A stretch of 64,000 nt of DNA, from NCBI GenBank assembly GCA_039028615.1, contig JBCCHT010000021.1:128001-192000 (forward strand), written 5' to 3'. Under the pieces are notes generated by a model that saw nothing but the letters and a program-made list of their open reading frames with translations, was not told where the DNA came from and searched no databases. Source of the DNA: Myxococcota bacterium. Lineage in GTDB: Bacteria; Myxococcota_A; Polyangia; Nannocystales; Nannocystaceae. Positions 56,868 to 64,000 of the stretch are shown in pieces; the stretch's first letter is position 1; every line of letters begins with the position of its first letter. The position numbers were made by a program, and so were the translations under genes.

Positions 56868-57476
56868 ATGAAGTTGGCTTATCGATCGATAGTTGCGGCG
56901 CTGGTGCTCACGGTGGCCGTCGCCTGTGGTGACGATGCTACGGGCACCACCGCGTCGGGAGGCGGCACCTCCAGCGGGACGACCTCGTCCAACGACACGG
57001 GAGGGGCGACCCCCGCCACCACCAGCGGAGCGACCGGCAGCGGCAGCGGGGGCGCGGAGGGGTCGACCAGCGACGCGGCCGATTCCACGGGCGGGACCTC
57101 GAGCGGCGGCGAAGGCTCGACGAGCGACGGCGCCACCTCTACGGGCGAAATGCCGGAGGACACCGGATCGAGCTCTGACTCGGGCAGCTCGTCCGACTCG
57201 GACAGCTCATCCGACTCGGGTAGCTCCTCGGGCTCCGGCGGAGGCCTCGGCCCGGGCGAGTGCAACGAGACCCTCGGGGTTGCGTGTGCGATGGGCTCGT
57301 TCTGCGACTACCCCGACAACCTGTGTGGAACGGGGGCCAACGGGGTCTGCACCGTGGCCGGAGGCATCTGCCCCGCCATCTTCGATCCGCAATGCGGATG
57401 CGACAACGTCACCCACAGCAACGAGTGTGTGGCCAACGGCAACGGCACGGACATCGCGTCCCCCGGGCCCTGCTGA
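56868..57476 (+). CDS. Lipoprotein with C-terminal Kazal-like domain
   Basis: Lipobox AVA-C; Ser/Gly linker; CPAIFDPQCGCDNVTHSNECVA...GPC. Confidence 0.85.
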   Translation: MKLAYRSIVAALVLTVAVACGDDATGTTASGGGTSSGTTSSNDTGGATPATTSGATGSGSGGAEGSTSDAADSTGGTSSGGEGSTSDGATSTGEMPEDTGSSSDSGSSSDSDSSSDSGSSSGSGGGLGPGECNETLGVACAMGSFCDYPDNLCGTGANGVCTVAGGICPAIFDPQCGCDNVTHSNECVANGNGTDIASPGPC

Positions 57477-57488
57477 GCCCACCCGGCT

Positions 57489-57974
57489 TCAGCCGGCGGC
57501 GCTTGCCCGGGCCACGCCCTGCAACCCCGCCGGCATGACGTCGCTCAGGCGCTCCCAGTCGAGCACGCAGTCCTGCGGGCGGTTGTTTCGTGTCACCCGC
57601 AGGTCTTCCGGCAGCGATGCCTGCTGACCCTGGTCGAGCAGGTCGGGGAAGAACACCACCGCGTCCTCGCCATCGGGTTTCCACTGGGTCAGCTTGCCGA
57701 CCACCTTCGATCCGCAGCGCCCACAGAAGCACCGCGCCAGGCTGGCGCCTTCCCGCTGGTACTCGACCAGCAGCGACTCGCCCTCGGTGATGCGAAAGCG
57801 CTTGGCGTGCACGCCGATCACCCGATACAGCGGGGCGGCGTGGGCCCGTCGACAGCTGTCGCAGTGACAATAGGCGCTGAAGACAGGGCCGCTACCCGCG
57901 GGTAGATCGACCTCGAAGCGCATGGAGCCGCAGTAGCAGTGACCGGTGAGTCGGAGGGGATTGGCCAGGGACAT
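57489..57974 (-). CDS. GFA (CENP-V) family zinc protein
   Basis: GHCYCG, YCHCDSCRR, FCGRCGS. Confidence 0.92.
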   Translation of the reverse strand: MSLANPLRLTGHCYCGSMRFEVDLPAGSGPVFSAYCHCDSCRRAHAAPLYRVIGVHAKRFRITEGESLLVEYQREGASLARCFCGRCGSKVVGKLTQWKPDGEDAVVFFPDLLDQGQQASLPEDLRVTRNNRPQDCVLDWERLSDVMPAGLQGVARASAAG

Positions 57975-58011
57975 GGCGGGTGCTCCCGGGAAAGACAGTC
58001 GAGGCCGCGGG

Positions 58012-58299
58012 TCACTGGGCCGCGGTGACGACACTCATCGTGAACTTGGCCTTGCCTTCGCGGGCGGCGATGGCTTCCTGATAGCCGGGCGAGGCATGCC
58101 ACTGTCGCGCGCGCTCGGGGGAATCGGCCTCGAGCAGGACCTGCAGCGTGCCGATGGGGGTCCCCTCCAGCGCTTGCGTGGGCCCCTTGCCGAGCAACCG
58201 GATCCCGTACTCCTCCATGGTGGGGCGCGCGAGGGCCTGGTAGTCGGCGAGGGCGGCGGGGGTCTCGAGCTCGATGTCGACGATGATGTAGGCAGCCAT
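58012..58299 (-). CDS. DUF1330 family protein
   Basis: MAAYIIVDIE...Y...LEG...ARQWHASPGYQEAIAAR. Confidence 0.9.
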   Translation of the reverse strand: MAAYIIVDIELETPAALADYQALARPTMEEYGIRLLGKGPTQALEGTPIGTLQVLLEADSPERARQWHASPGYQEAIAAREGKAKFTMSVVTAAQ

Positions 58300-58369
58300 T
58301 TCGGGTTTCTCCTGGGGCTGAGTGTTGCTCCTGTGTTTTTGCAGGGCAATATCGAAAAACGCAGATCGG

Positions 58370-58387
58370 TTCTGCTATTTTGCAGAA
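58370..58387. promoter_or_regulatory. Palindromic LysR-type operator
   Basis: TTCTGC-TATTTT-GCAGAA immediately before the lysR ATG, in a divergent promoter. Confidence 0.55.
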
Positions 58388-59284
58388 ATGAACTGGGACG
58401 ACCTGCGGGTGTTGCTGGAGGTCTCTCGCAGCACGACGATGACCCAGACGGCGCGTCGGCTCGGCGTGAACCAAACGACGGTCTCGCGGCGGCTGGGAGC
58501 GCTGGAACAGGCGCTGGGGGTCGAGCTGGTGCTCCGCTACCGCGACGGGGTGACCTTGACCGAGGCGGGGCTCAAGGCAGTGCGGGCGGTCGAGGGCATG
58601 GAGACCGCGGCGCACGACCTCGAGCGCGATCTGGTGGGGGGAGACACGCGGCTGGCCGGGAGCCTGCGCATCACCACCATCGACATGATCTCGAACTACC
58701 ACCCCGACCTGTTCTCTAGCTTTGCCTCGCGCTATCCCGAGGTCGAGATCGAGCTGCACACGAGCTACGACCAGCGCTCGTTGGCTCGCCGTGAGGCCGA
58801 CCTCGCGATTCGCTGGACGAGCCGCCCCGACGAGGGGCTCTTCGGTCGCAAGCTGGCCCGGGCCGAGTATGCGATCTACGCGTCGGCCGAGCTGGTCCGA
58901 GCCCACGGGCGGAGGGCCAAGCTCTCGAGCTTCCCTTGGCTGGCGTGGAGCGAGGCCAGCGGCGCCCGTAAGACCAGCGAGTGGATGCAGGGCAACGTCC
59001 CCGACGCGCGGATCGTATGTCGCTACGACTATGCGCTGTCGATGCACGCCGCGATCCGGGCCGGGTGTGGCATCGGGTTCATGCCCTGTGTCTACGCCGA
59101 CGGTGATCCGGGGCTGGTGCGGCTACGCGGGGTGCAGGCGGGATTCGGGTACGACCTCTGGTGCCTCACTCACCTCGATCTCAGCCGAACCGGGAGAGTG
59201 CGGGCGTTTCTGGCCCACGCGGGGGAGTACTTCGACGCGCGGGGTCGGGCCTACGCGGGCAAGGGGCCGCGCGCGAAGGTCTGA
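58388..59284 (+). CDS. LysR family transcriptional regulator
   Basis: MNWDDLRVLL...ARRLGVNQTTVSRRLGALE HTH; SLARREADLAIR. Confidence 0.95.
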   Translation: MNWDDLRVLLEVSRSTTMTQTARRLGVNQTTVSRRLGALEQALGVELVLRYRDGVTLTEAGLKAVRAVEGMETAAHDLERDLVGGDTRLAGSLRITTIDMISNYHPDLFSSFASRYPEVEIELHTSYDQRSLARREADLAIRWTSRPDEGLFGRKLARAEYAIYASAELVRAHGRRAKLSSFPWLAWSEASGARKTSEWMQGNVPDARIVCRYDYALSMHAAIRAGCGIGFMPCVYADGDPGLVRLRGVQAGFGYDLWCLTHLDLSRTGRVRAFLAHAGEYFDARGRAYAGKGPRAKV

Positions 59285-59307
59285 GGCCGACGGGGGCGGG
59301 CGTCGGG

Positions 59308-62882
<3,575 letters not shown>

Positions 62883-62886
<4 letters not shown>

Positions 62887-63410
62887 GGCTTGGCGCTACC
62901 CGCTTGCCGGTACTGGTGCGTGCGCTTGACGTATTCGCGCCAGGAGAACTCGATGAACTCGCGGTCCTTGTCGGTGCAGGCCCGCAGTCGCTTGAAGGGG
63001 TTGCCCACCACCACCGAGCCGCCCGGGACCCGCTTGCCCGGGGCCACCAGGGCGCCCGCGCCCACGATGCTGCCGCTCTCGACGACCGCGTTGTCGAGGA
63101 TGATGGAGCCCATGCCGATGATGCAGTCGTCTTCGATGGTGCAGCCGTGCAGGATGACCCCGTGCCCCACCGTGACTCGGTTCCCCACCGTGGTCGTGGA
63201 CAGGCCCTCGGTGTTGTGGATGACGGTGCCGTCCTGGATCGATGTTTGCCGGCCGATGATGATCGGCCCGTCATCACCGCGCATGGTGACCTGTGGCCAC
63301 ACGCTGGACTCTGCACCGACTTCCACCTGCCCGATGATCACCGCCGATGCATGCACGAAGGCCTCGGCGTGGATGGCAGGAATATGAGATCCAAAGGGCT
63401 CGGTCGTCAC
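62883..63410 (-). CDS. Gamma carbonic anhydrase family (YrdA/PaaY-like) hexapeptide-repeat protein
   Basis: [26 protein letters not shown] overlap with the oxoprolinase gene. Confidence 0.93.
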
Positions 63411-63529
63411 CGATCGGCGTCATACCACCGCGACGTCGGGTCCGCGATGTCGGCTGACGACGGCAGCGAGTCCGCGGCAAACCCACGGTGGGAGTGGGAT
63501 ATAGTGCGTGCATGGCCATGGATGCGGGG

Positions 63530-64000
63530 ATGATGATGGGTCGTGGAATGGCGGTGATGGCGGGGTGGCTCGCGATCAGCGGTTGCGGTGATGACGGGGC
63601 GGGGCCGGACACGGCCGGAGCCGCCACCGACGCGGCCACCAGCAACGTGGGCGAGGAGGAGTCCAGCGGCGAAGGAGCCGACGGCACCGAAGGTGCGCCC
63701 GCGGCTCGGCCCAACTGGCACGAGGACATCGCCCCGCTCGTGGCTCGTAGCTGCGAGGGCTGTCACAGCGACGGCAGCATCGCGCCCTTCCCCCTGCAGA
63801 ACTACGAGCAGACCTCGCCGCTCGGGGCCGCGATCATGCTACAGGTCGAAGCGGGGCTCATGCCGCCGTGGCATGCGGTCGAGACCGACGAGTGCCAGCC
63901 GCCTGCATCATTCAAGCACGACGCTCGCCTCAGCGACGAAGAAATTCAGCTGCTGCGCGACTGGGTCGACGCGGGCACGCCCGAGGGTGATCCGGCCTTG
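63530..64000 (+). CDS. Lipoprotein with N-terminal cytochrome c domain, likely copper monooxygenase-like (partial, runs off the right edge)
   Basis: Manual translation: MMMGRGMAVMAGWLAISG-C...WHEDIAPLVARSCEGCH..GSIAPF...MPPW...LSDEEIQLLRDWVDAGTPEGD. Confidence 0.8.
   Translation, partial: MMMGRGMAVMAGWLAISGCGDDGAGPDTAGAATDAATSNVGEEESSGEGADGTEGAPAARPNWHEDIAPLVARSCEGCHSDGSIAPFPLQNYEQTSPLGAAIMLQVEAGLMPPWHAVETDECQPPASFKHDARLSDEEIQLLRDWVDAGTPEGDPAL

Overview
High-GC, gene-dense chromosomal window that looks like a Nannocystaceae-type myxobacterium. That assignment is inferred from the many lipoproteins with Ser/Thr/Gly/Asp linkers, the Ser/Thr kinase-TPR receptors and an ECF sigma-kinase pair. 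I support about 44 CDSs and see no rRNA, tRNA, CRISPR array or IS element. The top candidate for an undescribed system is a tightly spaced three-gene operon (21587-30929). It encodes (i) a phospholipase D + phospholipase C/phosphoesterase + DUF1508 fusion, (ii) a 1313-aa DyP-type heme peroxidase fused to a complete glycyl-radical enzyme (GRE), with no radical-SAM activase in the window, and (iii) a SapM-like acid phosphatase with a propeller-like tail. This may be a phospholipid-headgroup pathway with a self-activating, peroxide-driven GRE (hypothesis). Other highlights: an AhpD-like selenoprotein that the ORF track splits at a UGA (CxxU plus a SECIS-like hairpin, 55807-56811); an orphan T6SS-like effector/adaptor island with a zinc-metallopeptidase effector and a coupled immunity candidate (12075-18902); a duplicated ECF-type promoter motif (34609-34722); a PhoX/diheme cytochrome cluster followed by a GNAT-PlsC-agmatinase-M14 operon; and a degenerate SixA-like protein. 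All calls come from reading motifs by eye; no database searches were run.
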